A stretch of DNA of 63,909 nucleotides, the filler included, from Intoshia linei (lineage: Eukaryota > Animalia > Orthonectida), in NCBI GenBank assembly GCA_001642005.1. It is 4 parts of 4 records of this genome, joined end to end, with 100 filler letters (N's around TTAATTAATTAA, not from the genome) between each part and the next. Parts side by side here need not be neighbours in the genome. Positions count along the whole stretch, not along the records: positions 1 to 19,066 come from LWCA01000749.1; 3 more parts are not named here. The stretch is one strand, 5' to 3'. The notes under the pieces were generated by a model. The model made no database searches and had not been told where the DNA came from. It saw only the letters and a program-made list of their open reading frames with translations. A program made the position numbers and the translations under genes. Positions 1 to 14,000 of this stretch are shown one piece after another. The stretch's first letter is position 1; every line of letters starts with the position of its first letter.

Positions 1-1215
1 GTTTCTGTAGATGGAGTAAAATTTAATTCTTTCTCTTATCGAGGAGGATTGATTGCACGTGCGGATCTCTCTTAATTGCTACATAAGAGTCTGTTGTTTC
101 TAAACGTTTGAAACGTTGTCTTGCTCTATCGCCGATAGTTAATTTGACAAATGCTACTTTTTTCTCTTCCTTGTCATTTGCAAGCATGACAGTTAATTCA
201 AATTTTTATATTTAATTCTTTGGATCTTATCTGAATTTTTTAAACTTATCAAATAATTCTGGTAGTGGTTTCAATATATTGTTTATTTTGAGAATTTATT
301 TAAATTGAATTAAAATTGTAATAAAATTTAAGTGTAAAAACGATTTAGTAATTTTAATTTAAGACGATAAAACAAATAATTAAATAGTTTATGGATACTA
401 TCTAGAGTGAACATATGTTTACTACAATTTTAAATAAATAATATAATTTATAAAATGTAAGTACGGTTTAGTTTTACGATTACCTCTTTTATATCTATGA
501 CGTTCCAAAAATCTCTGCACTTTCCGAAGATTGGTTTTGACTTCCTTATCGTTTTCCATATTGAAAGAAAGATGTCTTTTTTATAAAAAAAATACATTAC
601 GTCTCTGTTTAATGAGTCTTCTTTCTCGTAAAAACATACTTAGTTCACTCATTAAATTTTTTTTGCATGTAGAATTGGTAATGATATTTTTTTCTACATC
701 GCTTCTCGTCCAACTATGAGCCACTTCAATTTCACCCGAATCTATATATTGTGTTTATATATATTTGACTTACTAATTTGGTTGGTGATTCAGAAGAGCT
801 GCAGTACGTGTAATAGGATTGACGCAATTGTTTTCTTTTTGTTTTAACTTTTTTTTTTAGTTCTGCATATTTAAATTTTAATTTTGCTACAAGTAGTATA
901 ATGTCTAATTTTTGGTCATAACTAACAAAAAACGGTCTTATAGAATTTACAGAATCTGCGATTATTTTTAATGCACCTGTAGCGTTGTTACCTGGTAACA
1001 ATACTATTCCTAGTGTGCTTTGGTTGTGCTGTGTATTCCAATACCATATAAGATATTGACTGCTTGATAGTATCAATGTTTAGTGTACAGTCCTTATCAT
1101 TATATTCTATGTATATTATGGGATTTACAGCTAGTCCTTTTGGCCAAATATCATCCTCACATTACAATACTTTGGATTCATTTATTTGGGTTTGTACTGC
1201 TTGATGTTTGATTTA

Positions 1216-1641
1216 TTATTTCGTTATATTTTGGTATATAATACTTGTTACTCTTAGTGTTATGAAAACAATTGAGGTTAGATCTTTTATGTTATGAGTA
1301 TGTCTGCATAACAATTTAAAATTTATGGAAAAGTTGTACTCCTTTGAGTAACGTAAGTATTGTTCTTCATACTTAATGGTCTTACTCGTTATGGAGAATA
1401 AGTTTGATTCTATTATCTCAAGGAATATTTTATTACTATTTTTTGCCAGAAATATGTTTTCTATTACTGTCTTATTAGCTTCTGTATATTTCTCTAAGTA
1501 ATATTGTATACCATAATTTTCGATAATTTTTCTCTTTAATGCTTTAACAAAGGTACATAAGTACAAAGGTATTTTACTAAAAAATATTGAAAAATAGTTT
1601 ATCTGAATTCTCATTTGTTGATATATCAAAATTAACAGCAA
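1216..1641 (-). pseudogene. Unidentified degraded coding sequence, paralogous to 3887-4334
   Basis: CTFVKALKRKIIENYG...SNKIFLEIIESNL...YLRYSKEYNFSINF aligns by eye with the translation of 3887-4334. No family recognised. Confidence 0.35.
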
Positions 1642-2639
1642 ACATGAATATTACACGAAATATCTTTTTTTATATGAATTTATTTGAGTGAAACAGAGAA
1701 AGACGTCGAATAGAAGTGTAACACTTGTAAGACTCACAAATCCAATTATAAAAATATAACTATGCCCATAAAAGGGTTTTTCTAATCTTAATTTAATAGA
1801 AACTAAAATTTTTAATAATAAAACGAATACGCATTATACCTAATATAACTTAAATACACTGTAAATCAACTTTGTATTTCTATTCTAATAATTAAAAATA
1901 TGTAAATAAGACAATATTTAATTATAATTATTTATCTATTCTAAATTAAATTAGAATAGTCTAGATTCCTGTCTTCCATAATAATATTATAATACAGTGT
2001 AATACGACATAGTCGAAAATCTAAAATATATTATTAAAACAAAAAAAATCAAAATTAATAGATAAATTTATCAAAAAGGATCAAATTTTGATACACATCG
2101 AGAATTAGTTTTTTTCTTAGATTTGGACTGATTTTTTAAAATATTTAGCATTGAGAGAGATCGCTTAGCTATTTTGTTTGTCAACAGTACGTCAAATTTC
2201 TGTTGAGACGTATATTAGCATTTTTTGCCCTTTAAGAGACATATTTAGTTTTTCGTACGTTTTTGATTAATGTATTATTAATACACATTTTTTTGTATTA
2301 TTTTCACATTGACGACCATCAAAATGTACTCATTTTTTATCCGATATTGATTATTAGTATTTGTTGTTTAATACTACTCATTATACTTTAATTATTTAAG
2401 ACTTAGATTGAGTTTAATTTAAACTCTAAATGAAAAATATGTATAAATTATAGAAATATTATACAAAATAAACTATAATATACATAAATAAATTAATATT
2501 AAGTTAAAAACTTTAAACGTCGTGCGCAATTCAACCCCACAATTATAATTTGTAAGTTTGTAATTATAATACTAGACTAATTTTTACTAAGGCTAAGAGA
2601 TATTCCATTATGTGAAACATCCTACTATATATACACAAC

Positions 2640-3886
2640 TCATTCACAAAGATCTTCACCTCGGCTAACTGCAGCATAGTATCTTTTAACATGGTTACAG
2701 AAATTAATTAACTTGATAGAGGTTAGGACATATTGAGCTTCATCTGCAATTTTTGCTAGTATTCGCATTCTAAATTCGCACATTGATACACCATTTGTTT
2801 TCCAGTAAGCTAATAGTTGAGGCATTTTTGAATGAACTTTATGCTAACTCAAATGGATTCAAAAGATACGAATATGGAGCGAGACGTATCATTTCAACGT
2901 CTTTGTCAACTCTGACGACCGACTCTATCTTGCGGTGGACGGGATCATTGCCAATTACAAATGTCGGTGATGTGACACCTAATTCATAAGTTATGTTAAT
3001 TAATTCCCGTAACCAGTTATTATAATCATCTCCTTTAAAAGATACTTGGTGAGTTTTAAAATTGTACATTCTAGTCGACGACAGTGCCGCGATACAATGT
3101 AAATTCGATCCCTTAGAACTTGCAGTAATTACGGTAGCTCTGGATCCAACATTAGATCTACCCTCTTTCCGTTTACTAAATAAATTAAAATTACACTCAT
3201 GAATCCATATAATCGTTCTGCCATTAGCTCTCGCCAACAGTAAACTTTCTATGTATGGAACTCGTCTTAATTTATTTTCTAGACTATTTACAGTACAAGC
3301 CATTGGTCTAATAGTTTTCACCGTTATCAATTCACAATCCAACCAATTTTTGATTGTGTTGGGTCATACGGTAATCTGGAATGAATGATACGATTTATCG
3401 ACACATTCCCGTAATGTTATTCGACAGCCTTCAGCAATCCACTTCAATAAACTAAATATTTAATTAATACTGCTAATTATGATAACAACCACTCAATGAT
3501 TTCGGGGGTTTTTTTGGTATGTGTAACTCCACCCTTAAAACCTAATGAATATTTTCTTTGCGATATACAGTCATGTCTAGTTCTATGGTTTATTTTAGAA
3601 ATAGTGCATATTGCCTTCTAGTCCCCGTCATTGTCGTATGTATTCCATATCAATGTTCTCATTTCGACCGTATTTTTTTTATATTTTCCACGTATTGCCA
3701 TTCTTTAATTAAATTAAACGAGAAATTATATTACGATAAAGGATTAATAAATAATGATAACGAATAGATAACGATAAAACGCCAAATATCATATCATATC
3801 CAAATATAATAAATATTAAAAAAGGTAAGTTTCTTAGATGCGAAAATGAATTTCAGTTTGACGAAATTGAAATGTAAATGGTATAG
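2640..3886 (-). mobile_element. Tc1/mariner-IS630 (DDE_3) transposon with disrupted transposase
   Basis: Motifs WIHECNFN, KGSNLHCIAA, FVIGNDPVH and LAPYSYLLNPFE are degenerate DDE motifs. An N-terminal HTH region with stops lies at 3350-3700. The terminal ...TTGAAATGTAAATGGTATAG matches the TIR of 11654-12380. Confidence 0.8.
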
Positions 3887-4334
3887 ACATTAACTCGAAA
3901 TTCATGCTAAAATTGTACTCTTCAGGGTAGCGCAAATACCTTTTTTCGTACTTTACCGCTTTCACTGTTACTGAAAGTAGATTTGACTCTATCTGCTCTA
4001 AAAACATTTTGTTGCTATCACCCAATAGCATTATTTTTTAGATTTCAAGTGGTGTAGCTTATGTATACTTTAGTAGATAGTGTTGTTTTCCATACTTTTC
4101 AATGATCTCCCTTTTTAGTGCTCTAACAAATGTACACCCATAAATCAATCTTTCGCGTATTTTTTTACCATTTTCTAACATACTTGAAGCCGTGATTGCA
4201 TTCCTTTTTGTATGTACCATGAGTTCTATTTTCGTCTTTGTTAATTTGTTTTTCTTTAATTTTTGTGTATTGAATTTATCTATTGAATAGACAAAATCTT
4301 TTGTCTTCTGGGGGAAGTTGTACTCAATACTCAT
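3887..4334 (-). pseudogene. Unidentified degraded coding sequence, paralogue of 1216-1641, cut by the Tc1 element
   Basis: ORFs 4059-4334 and 3834-4031 are separated by a stop. Similarity to 1216-1641 ends at the Tc1 terminus at 3886. Confidence 0.35.
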
Positions 4335-4529
4335 TCTTTAAAAACTTTTTAGTACGAACTCTTAGCGTCTTAGCCAATGAAGCAATTTCTTTTTCACTTG
4401 TTTGTTTAGGCTCAGCTTTCAATATGACTACATTCTTCTATTGATATTTTTGTAAATGTAAGCAAGACAGATAAACATTTTTAATGGCTAATCCTCATAG
4501 CAATTGTGCATTTAAAATATGGCTCAGTA

Positions 4530-4930
4530 TAACTTTTTCAGGTATTGTATCCGCTTTGTGAAATGATATTCGTCTATCTGAACTTCAATGGCAGGACCTC
4601 CAATAGGTTCAGTGTATTCCATCATAATGGTTATACACACGTCCCGCATCAATCAACGTTCTTGCAATCAATGACAGTTTGGTTGGAAATTTTTATTTGC
4701 TTTTATAAAGTTTTATGGGATGATATATTTGAAGCCCATATATAAATAAGTCTTAGAATTTGAGCGAATGTAAAATGACTTTTTTCCAAAAAGGTTCCGG
4801 TTCTCACAGACATCGATTTTGAGCATGGCGAAGAACACCTCGACATATAGTTATTTAAATTTCCTTTTTTAATAAAAAACATTACTCTATTGCAGATAGG
4901 ACAATGTTTAGCTGTACTCAGAAGACCTAT
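4530..4930 (-). mobile_element. Merlin (IS1595/ISXO2-like) transposase remnant
   Basis: Minus-strand translation gives GLLSTAKHCPICNRVM (Zn-binding motif), SVRTGTFLEKSHFTFAQILRLIYIW and IGGPAIEVQIDEYHFTKR, typical of Merlin transposases. Frameshifts and stops are present. Confidence 0.7.
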
Positions 4931-5470
4931 GTAAATTATTAAAGAAACATTAATTAATATTAATAATTTAAATATATACCAAAATGATTTAAGAAATGTA
5001 TTATAGACTCCAAATTGGAAATCATTGAATACATGTTTTCCAAGTTAAAATTATCTAAATTTAAATGAGAAATGGACATGTTTATAAATTATTAAATTAA
5101 ATTTTATTTTTTATTTATAAAAAAGTTGATATATATGGTTCAAACTAATTTTCTTAAACTACATAAAGACCAAATTTTGTGTAGTAATTACACATGCCCA
5201 GAAAACGTCTCAATTTAATCTCATCAACTCAACTCAACTCAAAACTCATCAAATTGATGAACAGATTCCGGGTTAGTTTGAATACCTTCAGAATTAATAA
5301 CATGACCTAAGAACTTAATAATCGGTCGTCCGATAATACATTTCTGTGCTTTAACTGTTAACCCCGCCTGTCTTAAAATCTTTATTACTCTAAGTAAGTC
5401 TCAATTGTGATTATTTATACGTTGATATCACATTTATTAAATACAGCTAAAACACCGTTTAATTTGATTG

Positions 5471-6070
5471 TTATGGGGTACTTGAGATTTCCCAATTAAT
5501 GGTATTGAGTATGACAACTATATCTTTAACATTTGAAGTTTTCCAATATGCCACACGTAAATACTTTGAGAATCTTGCTTTAACTTTCAACATGTTAAAA
5601 ATGTTCCTATTGCTTTCTTCTTTCCAGTGAGTCAACGAAGCCATTTCACACAATCTATGTCAAAATTGTAGTATTGTGACAAAATTAGTTTGTAGAATAT
5701 TAAAGAATTCTATCTCATTTCGGAATCTAAATTCTGGCACAGAGTCATCAATCAACATTTGAATGGCCTGATCGGACTTTAACGTATTATAAACCAATTT
5801 TGTCATGTAATAAGTCATAAGATAAGTAGCCATGACTGACACTTCTTTCTTTAGCCCGTATATACCATTTTTGCCATCCCAAAAAAGTTTGTGACTGACT
5901 TCTTTATTGCAGGGTTTGGGTACACGAATTGTGGTTGAGTAACCGATTAATATGACAAGAAAAAATTTATCATTATCATTGAAAATGGGCCGTATCCTAT
6001 TTTTCCACCACTTATCCTTTAAACATTCATAAAGTGGTGCTCTCATTTGATCTATTGATTTTCGTACCAA
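5471..6070 (-). mobile_element. PIF/Harbinger (DDE_Tnp_4-like) transposase remnant
   Basis: IGYSTTIRVPKP...WDGKNGIYGLKKEVSV resembles the IDxT..KP..GK..YGxK.EV core of Harbinger transposases. There is an internal stop at 5660. Confidence 0.55.
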
Positions 6071-6599
6071 TAGAATATTATTTAATTAATTTATTATACT
6101 AAAAATGCACGTATATTTAATGCAATTATTTATTTATTATTAAAAACATTAAGTATCTATATTAAAACTGATTGTACTGTATACAATTCTGATATACAGT
6201 AAATTCTCCAAAGATGAACTTTAAAATATTACTTTTGATCAAAATGTTTAATATAGAAGAGATGAACAAATTATTTTTAATTTTTATTTATTTTTTAAAT
6301 ACATCAATATACAGGGATGGCTCAAATGCTGTTATCAGCATTACTGTGATGTTAACAGCTATTTTAAAAGCATTCAAAAATGTAGTGTTTTTACTGTTTA
6401 GAGACCATATTTATGTGAAAAAGGTACGTACTATGAAAAAATTGCATTTTTAGTTTTAATTGATCTTAAAAATTATCACTAATATTTATTTTAAAATTAC
6501 TGAATTTCATTAAAAAAATGCGTTGATGTCAATTTTAATAAATTACAATAATACACAATATAATTTAATCTAAAAAAATTTATTAAGACATTCATAAAA

Positions 6600-6760
6600 A
6601 TGTTTGTAATTATATTTAACAAATAAAGTGTTGTGTAAAGTTTATGTAGATAAGTTTGCTCGAGAATTAGAATGAATTTGTCTATGTTTGAAAAAGTTCG
6701 CTCTACTGATGCTTCCGATATTGATATTTTTATATATATATATATATATATTTTTAATAT
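6600..6760 (-). mobile_element. hAT transposase C-terminal dimerisation remnant
   Basis: ISISEASVERTFS motif. Confidence 0.55.
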
Positions 6761-6989
6761 TAAGTAAATTAACGTCCGATGCAAAGGAAATTTATTTAAA
6801 TTAATATTCAACATTTTTTAATATATCTGTTGACTAATATCTTTTTCAAAATCTATATGCTTAGAAATGGGAAGGAAAGAAGTTTCCCATTTTTTAAGGA
6901 ACAATTCCTGATCTTCTACATATATAAATAATTATTGACTGTATGGAATTATGGATACATCAATGACTAATATTGATTGATACGATTTG

Positions 6990-7160
6990 ATAAAGTGTGT
7001 CTCATTTAAATGTCTGCTAATTGTTTTCATGGAGAGGCGAAGGCGGAATTTATCAAAATTATCATCAACCACCATTTGTAAGGTAATTCTTCGGTTATCT
7101 TCAATTAGTTGGACAATATAGTTTCTATGTTCTTCAATCACTTTAAAAACGCTCATTCCT
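6990..7160 (-). mobile_element. Tc1/IS630 HTH remnant
   Basis: IVQLIEDNRRITLQ...LSMKTISRHL is a winged-HTH pattern of IS630/Tc1 transposases. Confidence 0.5.
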
Positions 7161-8033
7161 TCTCTTGTATCTTATTTCTCTTCTTGAGCAACCTACCTAT
7201 ACAAATAATTTTCGAGCTTACATAGTTTATCAAATTTGGTAACACCCCTGATACGCATATTCACTAAGGATTTATTAAGTTAAGTATATTCTCAAAGCTG
7301 TGAACTTTGATCAGTATTACTAAGACTTGGTATTACTTAAATCTTAGTCTAAGATCCAAATATGTATTTATTATAGTTCTTTGATCTCTTATTTTTATTG
7401 TGGCCGCCCTATCAAATTACCTCGTTTTACTAATTGGTATAAATCTGAAAAAAGAGCATTCGTCGGTAATAATCATGTATAAATTTTTATGTTAGCTTCA
7501 ACCTGAGTAGATATTTTAAAAGTATTGAAAGTTTAACGAATCATAAAATTTTACCATCTGGAATGATAACGAATTCTTGACAACAAACTAAAATCCAAAT
7601 TATTATGTTATAATCTAGGAAATGAATCATATCAATAGAACTATAAAAAGAAAACAATGTATCGCCTTTTTAAAACGAGCAGTGTTAAAGGGAGACATTT
7701 ACATGATTGATACTTATGATACGGTAACTTAAATGATTAATTACCTTATGTTATATTAGCCTCTATACTACTTGAAAGAAGTCAATGAGGATCACCAACT
7801 GTTACTTTTTATTAAAGTATTAGCTCAAAGTACTAAATTTTGGAAAAAAATTGATTTGTCACTTTATTCTATAACCAGACATGTCATTGTAGTAATTTTA
7901 CGATTATATAAATGCAATACATATATTATAAATATTATATTTAATATATAATGTATTATCATATATTATTATATGTTATAAATTTGATATATTTTAAAAC
8001 TACATCTATATTAAAATAATGCTTATTTGATAG

Positions 8034-11000
8034 AATTCTATGTACCAAATCACCACTTTAAAAATTATTAAAGAAACAATGAAAAATATTTATTATTATA
8101 CATACCAACTACACGATATTCAAAAGTATCAACTTTATAACGCCGAATATATGTTCGAGGTAAGTATATAATATTATAATCTTTAAACTGTAATGTTCCA
8201 TAACTGGTGGTCGAATTTAGACTACAATTTACATCGCTTCAAGAATCAACTAAGATATAATTTTCAGTGATTTTAAATATTCTATGAATTTGAATAGTTT
8301 TTAACGTTTTTGTAACCGCCCATAAACAAATTATTTAATCTATTCGTGAAATAGTGATGCGATATTAGTGTGTTCAATTTTTGTAAAAAGTACTGAGTTT
8401 TAATTTTACTTACAATTTTAATTGTTAGTTTTTTTTGTTCTGAATTTCAAAATTCATTACTTTTAAGAACAAGATTATTTTTTAAAATTAAAATGTCACT
8501 TACATTTTGAATTTGTTTGATAGTTTGTGAATCAATAAAATTATAAATATACTTGCTTGACTGTTACGTACTTTGTACAAACTGTACCTAGCTCTGCCGA
8601 GAGGGACTTTTTTAATTTCACAAAAAAAATTCAATAATAAAATCTTATATTAAAATTCTACTATTCAGTAGATTTAATCATTTAAAGGTGTGTTCTCGAA
8701 CTTGTTTAACCATACACCGATCATTTTACATTGAATTAAAAATAAAGTGATTTATTCCCACTTAATTTTATTTTATTAACATTTTTAATTTTGATGTTTC
8801 AAGTTTGTCGTTTTGTGAGCGAAAACTGAAAATTCGGCAAACTTTTATAAATGACTTACCGAGTTTTGAAATAAATTTTATAGAATTTTACTTTACTGAG
8901 TTTTTTAGTAAAACTAAGTTGAACACGCTATCCCGTATCCTTAGTCTTTTTTGAATAATTAAATTTAATAAATAAACATTTTAGGAACAAAACTTCAGCG
9001 TAAAATATATTATATCTTCTGATGAAAATTTCAGTGAAAATCGTAAATTTATCATGCAAGATGATCATTTTATCAAACGTAATTTAACCTTATATTATAT
9101 GTATTAAAAATTATTATTATAGTATTATTATTATTATTATATATTATTTTTTTATTTATTTTAAACAGATGCCGAAAAACCTCTTGTATGTGTTTGGAAA
9201 ATTGCAAACATGCTTACTTTGGGGAATATAAAATTAATGTTAAATAAACCGGTTAATGTAATGTTAATTTTGATATTTTTTTATATTTAATTTAGTTTAA
9301 ATATTTTGAAAGAGTAACTAATCTGAGCCAAGGCGCAACGCATTTGGAAGATGAAAACATACTACCATTTGGTATTTTGCCTTGTAGTTTAATGAAGTAT
9401 ATTTTATTAAATTTACCGATTATTGCAATTACTGCTTGCGCTATGCATCTTGCATGTTTATTTGGTTTATTGACATTTATTTGTCCAGTATCAGCTACCT
9501 ACGATTTATTTCACGTATTCACTGCTGGAATAGATTTAAATTAATAACTAGAGAATTTTTGCCGTCAACAAATTGATAAAGATTAATGAAACTACATTTG
9601 AATTAGCTAGAAATACAGGTTACGTATCTGAAGAAATTTTCGGTTACATGAATGCCATGAGAATTCCATTTATGGGTAATATGTCTTATTTCAAATTTTA
9701 ATATTGTTTAGCTTGTATGGGACACAATCTGTTTTCACATACTTATTGGACAAAGTCTTCCAAAAAGTATAAATACGTTTTTGAATTAATGTTGACTCAA
9801 CATGATTTTTCTAATTTGCCTCGTATTGCTCAACCGATGGGTGATGGTGAGGGATTATATGGGTTCGATTCATCCATGCAATACAGAAAATCTGCAGTCA
9901 TTTCTTCAACTGCATTAGGTTATTTTTATGATGTGTTGAAATCATTTTTACCAGTTTTAAAGTAGTGATACCTATTACATTAATTTATACATTAAGTTTT
10001 TGTTTGATTACTTCATTTAATTTTATAATTCAATGTATATTCAACTAAATGTGTTGCCCAATTTATATGTGCAAAAATGTGACGTCACCACATGTTATTC
10101 AATAACTTTTATAAATAGTATCTAATTTTAATAATGAATTTCAAATTACAAGTTGAAATGACGAGCCATCATTTCATGTTTTATGAGTGAAGTTTTTGTT
10201 AAATACATAAATTGTATATCATCTAATGATTAAATTCTAATCAATATTATTAATTATAATTTTCATAATACTTTCTCACATGGAATTGATATATCCTATG
10301 GTTACAGGAATCACTACGATGAGAGGTAGCATTATGTTTATATAATAACGTCATTATATCAACAATAATTTTAATTTTTGAAAATGACTAAAACCATCTA
10401 AAAACATCTGATTGTAGATTCATTATTTTTCTCTATCATATTGAAATTTTGTTTAGGAAAATATACTAAAGTATATAAAAGCACTAAAAAAACAAAAAAA
10501 ATGTTACTCAAATTTAAAAAGTCTGTTCAAGGTAATTTTAGACAAGTTTGGAATATATTGTTTCAATTAATTATAATACTTATCCTATTAACATAAATTA
10601 AATAAACATTATTGTAAATTAAATTTATTTCGATATGTTTTATTTATTATGATGTTTTTAGAATTACACATAAAGCATAATCAAATCATGCGTAAAAAAA
10701 AAATGAAAAAAAGACCTCACTGTCAAAATAAATTTAACCAAGAACAAGATAATTATGTAATATTCGTTTTTGTATTATTACAGAAGTTTTAAAGTTTTAT
10801 ATTGAGAATATGTCGATATTTGCGTTTATATTCCCAATCTGCAATTACATCGGTATTATCCAATGTTTATTTTTATCTATATGCGTTAGTGTTTTTTAAT
10901 TGTTTAAACTTAAGGGCGCACCTTAAATTTTGATATGAAAAAAAAGCATTGATATTCGAAAATATGCAAATATTAAAAACGATAAAAATACAAAATCATA

Positions 11001-14000
11001 ACAAAAATACATTTATTTGGTGATTTAAGTTTAGAAAATAAAATTTGATGTATTATCAAAGGTTGATATTTTTGATTTTTACCATATTAAATTATAAATC
11101 CCAAAATATTCATTAAAGAATTGTCAATGTAAAAGTTTGATACTAATTTTTTAAAATTTATAAAATAACGTAAAATTTTTTTACAAGCCCACCTGAACTC
11201 TACTCATGGCCCACAAGTGCGCAGCGACGCACCAATTAATGATCACTGGTATATATGGTGGCAGTTTTAAATTTACACCCCACTAAAATTATAGTTTTAT
11301 TGTAATTTATTAAATACTTTATGAAACTGTTGTGTAGGTAAATTATGGTGTGCAAAGTAAAATTTCCGAATTTTTTGTACCTTTTTCATACTATAATTAT
11401 TATTTAGATTCGTTTACTTTGCATTGCAGAAAGAATTTCTGAGACGGTTAGAAATATTATTTCAACTACAAAACTAAAACTATTTGCAATTTTATCGAAA
11501 CTAGAGGTATTTTAACTTGTGATTTGTTATGTTAATGACATATAAATCAGTTCTTCCCGATTATAATACTATACGGACCCCAAAAAATAAAATAATAAAG
11601 ATGCTTTAAAAAATTAATTAAAACAATGTAAATTTTCGTCGGACTTCTATTTTCTATACCATTTACATTTCAATTTCGCCGAGCTGAATTTCATTTTCGC
11701 ATTATTAAAAGTATTAACCATCGTCCTTATTAAATTTTAAGTTTTCGTTAGAGATTTTTTAAAGCATTTTAAATTTCAAAGAGATTTAAAACTTACGTAC
11801 ATAAAATGATAACTAAATTTAAGAAATGGTTTTAAAACTTTTATATTTTAAATGAATGGCGAGTTATAGAATAAAAAGTTAATATTTCTATATTACGGTA
11901 ATTATCATATGGCGAAATACAGAAATGGCGAGTAGTAGAGAGAAAAATTAAATTTTTAATTTATTGCTAATTACGATAACAACCTCTCCATGATTTTGGG
12001 GGTTTTCTTGGTATGTGTAGCCCCACCCTTAAAACCTAGTGAATATTTTCTTTGTGATATCCAGTCATGTGCAGTTCTACGGTTTATTCCAGAAACAGTG
12101 CATATAGCCTTTCAGTCCCCGTCATTGTCGTATGTATGATACATAATGTATCCAATATTAATGTTCTCATTTCGACCGTACTTTTTTATATTTTCTACGT
12201 ATTGCCATTCGTACATTAAATTAAATTAAACGAGAAATTATATTACGATAAAAGATTAATAAATAAATATAACGAATAGATAACGATAAAACGCCAAATA
12301 TAATAAATATCAGAAAAGGTAGGTTTCCTAGATGCGAAAATGAATTTCAGTTTGGCGAAATTGAAATGTAAATGGTATAGTCATATTTCTAAAAAACATT
12401 ACCATAATTCCTTTTTTTTGTTCTTATATCAATATTAAATTTTTTCTACGATGAGTGGTCCGAAAACTTGAGGAAATGAGCTTAGCATTTTCAGTGATAA
12501 AAAGATTTCGAAATTAAGTCTTGTGATTCACAGTTTTGGACCACAAGGGGCGTGGTCTTAATTGGTAACGACTTTATTTGGATTCTAAATAGAACTAGCA
12601 AAACTAAAATAAATACCATTTAAATTTTAGTTAAAAATTGTTCATAATATACATTTACATAAGTACGTAGTACATTTCTATACTTTTCATGGAAATTCTT
12701 AATTTTAACTATTTAAATAAACGAATTTCTTAATTTAATTGCTAATCTAAATTTAGATATTCAAACCAAATTCAAAATATAATTTACTGGTCAGATACAA
12801 CGTTTTGTACGATGCTTGCGTAAATCAAAATAATTTTGTCATATTTTATTTAAATCATAATGAGGTGATTTACGAACAATATGCGTAATTATAAATATAA
12901 TTCAGTTTTTAGGAAATTCAAAGAGATTTGCTGCTAATCGTTGATGGAACTATTGATTATATCAGCCTCTGTGATTTTGTTGGTTATAATGTGTACTTTT
13001 TAAATTGTCGATATAGCTAATTATATATGAAAATATTCCAAACGAATTTACAATACAATTCGACCAATTTTTGGGAAAATTATATCATGTCACGTGTTTA
13101 GGATATTATTTTAAGTATTTTTGGGTGGGTAGATATTTTTCAAATAAACCCAGACTTTGGGAATTAAAGATACCAAATTCATCTCAAATCTGTCTTTTTT
13201 TGTTGTAAATGACAAGATTAAACGTAGTAAGGTTCTCAAATGAGACAAGAAATGTATTGCATTTCGTTACAAAGATAAAATCATTTAAAATATTACAATA
13301 TTATATATTGAGTGTTTGATTTACTTTTTCGTATTTTCACTGCTGAAAGATGGGGAATAATTATTTATAACATTAAGCGGTATTTATATCTGAAACGACC
13401 CGGTCACTCATTTTTAATTGAACATTTTCTTATCTGTTTTATATTTTGTAAAATTTATTTTATTTTTATTTAGAAAAACCTTTTATCAATTACCATCTGA
13501 ATATCATATTTATTATTATAAAAAATTTTTAAATTTAAACAAACATACAATTTCGGAAATTAACCAACAATTATTTTTACAATTCGTAACTGTAATTGCT
13601 TTTAAACTAAATTTTAAAGTTATAAAATAGAGTTATATTTTACACAATGATATTACATTTAACAACCGTGTGGAATTTAACGTCATGAGCAAACAATTTT
13701 CTCATATTGAAAAGGAATCTTACTTTCAAGATCTCAACAAATTTGATATTTGTTTTAAAATGGTAAGTTTTTAACCACTAAATACAATTGATTTTAGGAA
13801 CCTAAAAAACTGTCAAATAGTAATATGCCCTTTAAATTTGGAAAACCACTTAGTAGATTTTATAATATTTTGTACAATAATACAAACCGTGGTTTTTTTA
13901 AAGATTACGAAACAGTGCAATCCACAATTAAAGAAACTAAATACATTAATTTCGTTTCTAAAGGGAATGCCGTATTTCTGATTTACAATTGGTTGCAAAA

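Noticed and set aside
9020-9045. Hammerhead-like CTGATGA...GAAA
   Set aside because: No proper stems, and it lies in an open GTF3C1 exon.
12547-12600. tRNA-like GGGGCGTGGTCTTAATTGGTAACGAC
   Set aside because: It resembles a D-arm/A-box, but there is no T-arm GTTC motif and no acceptor-stem partner.
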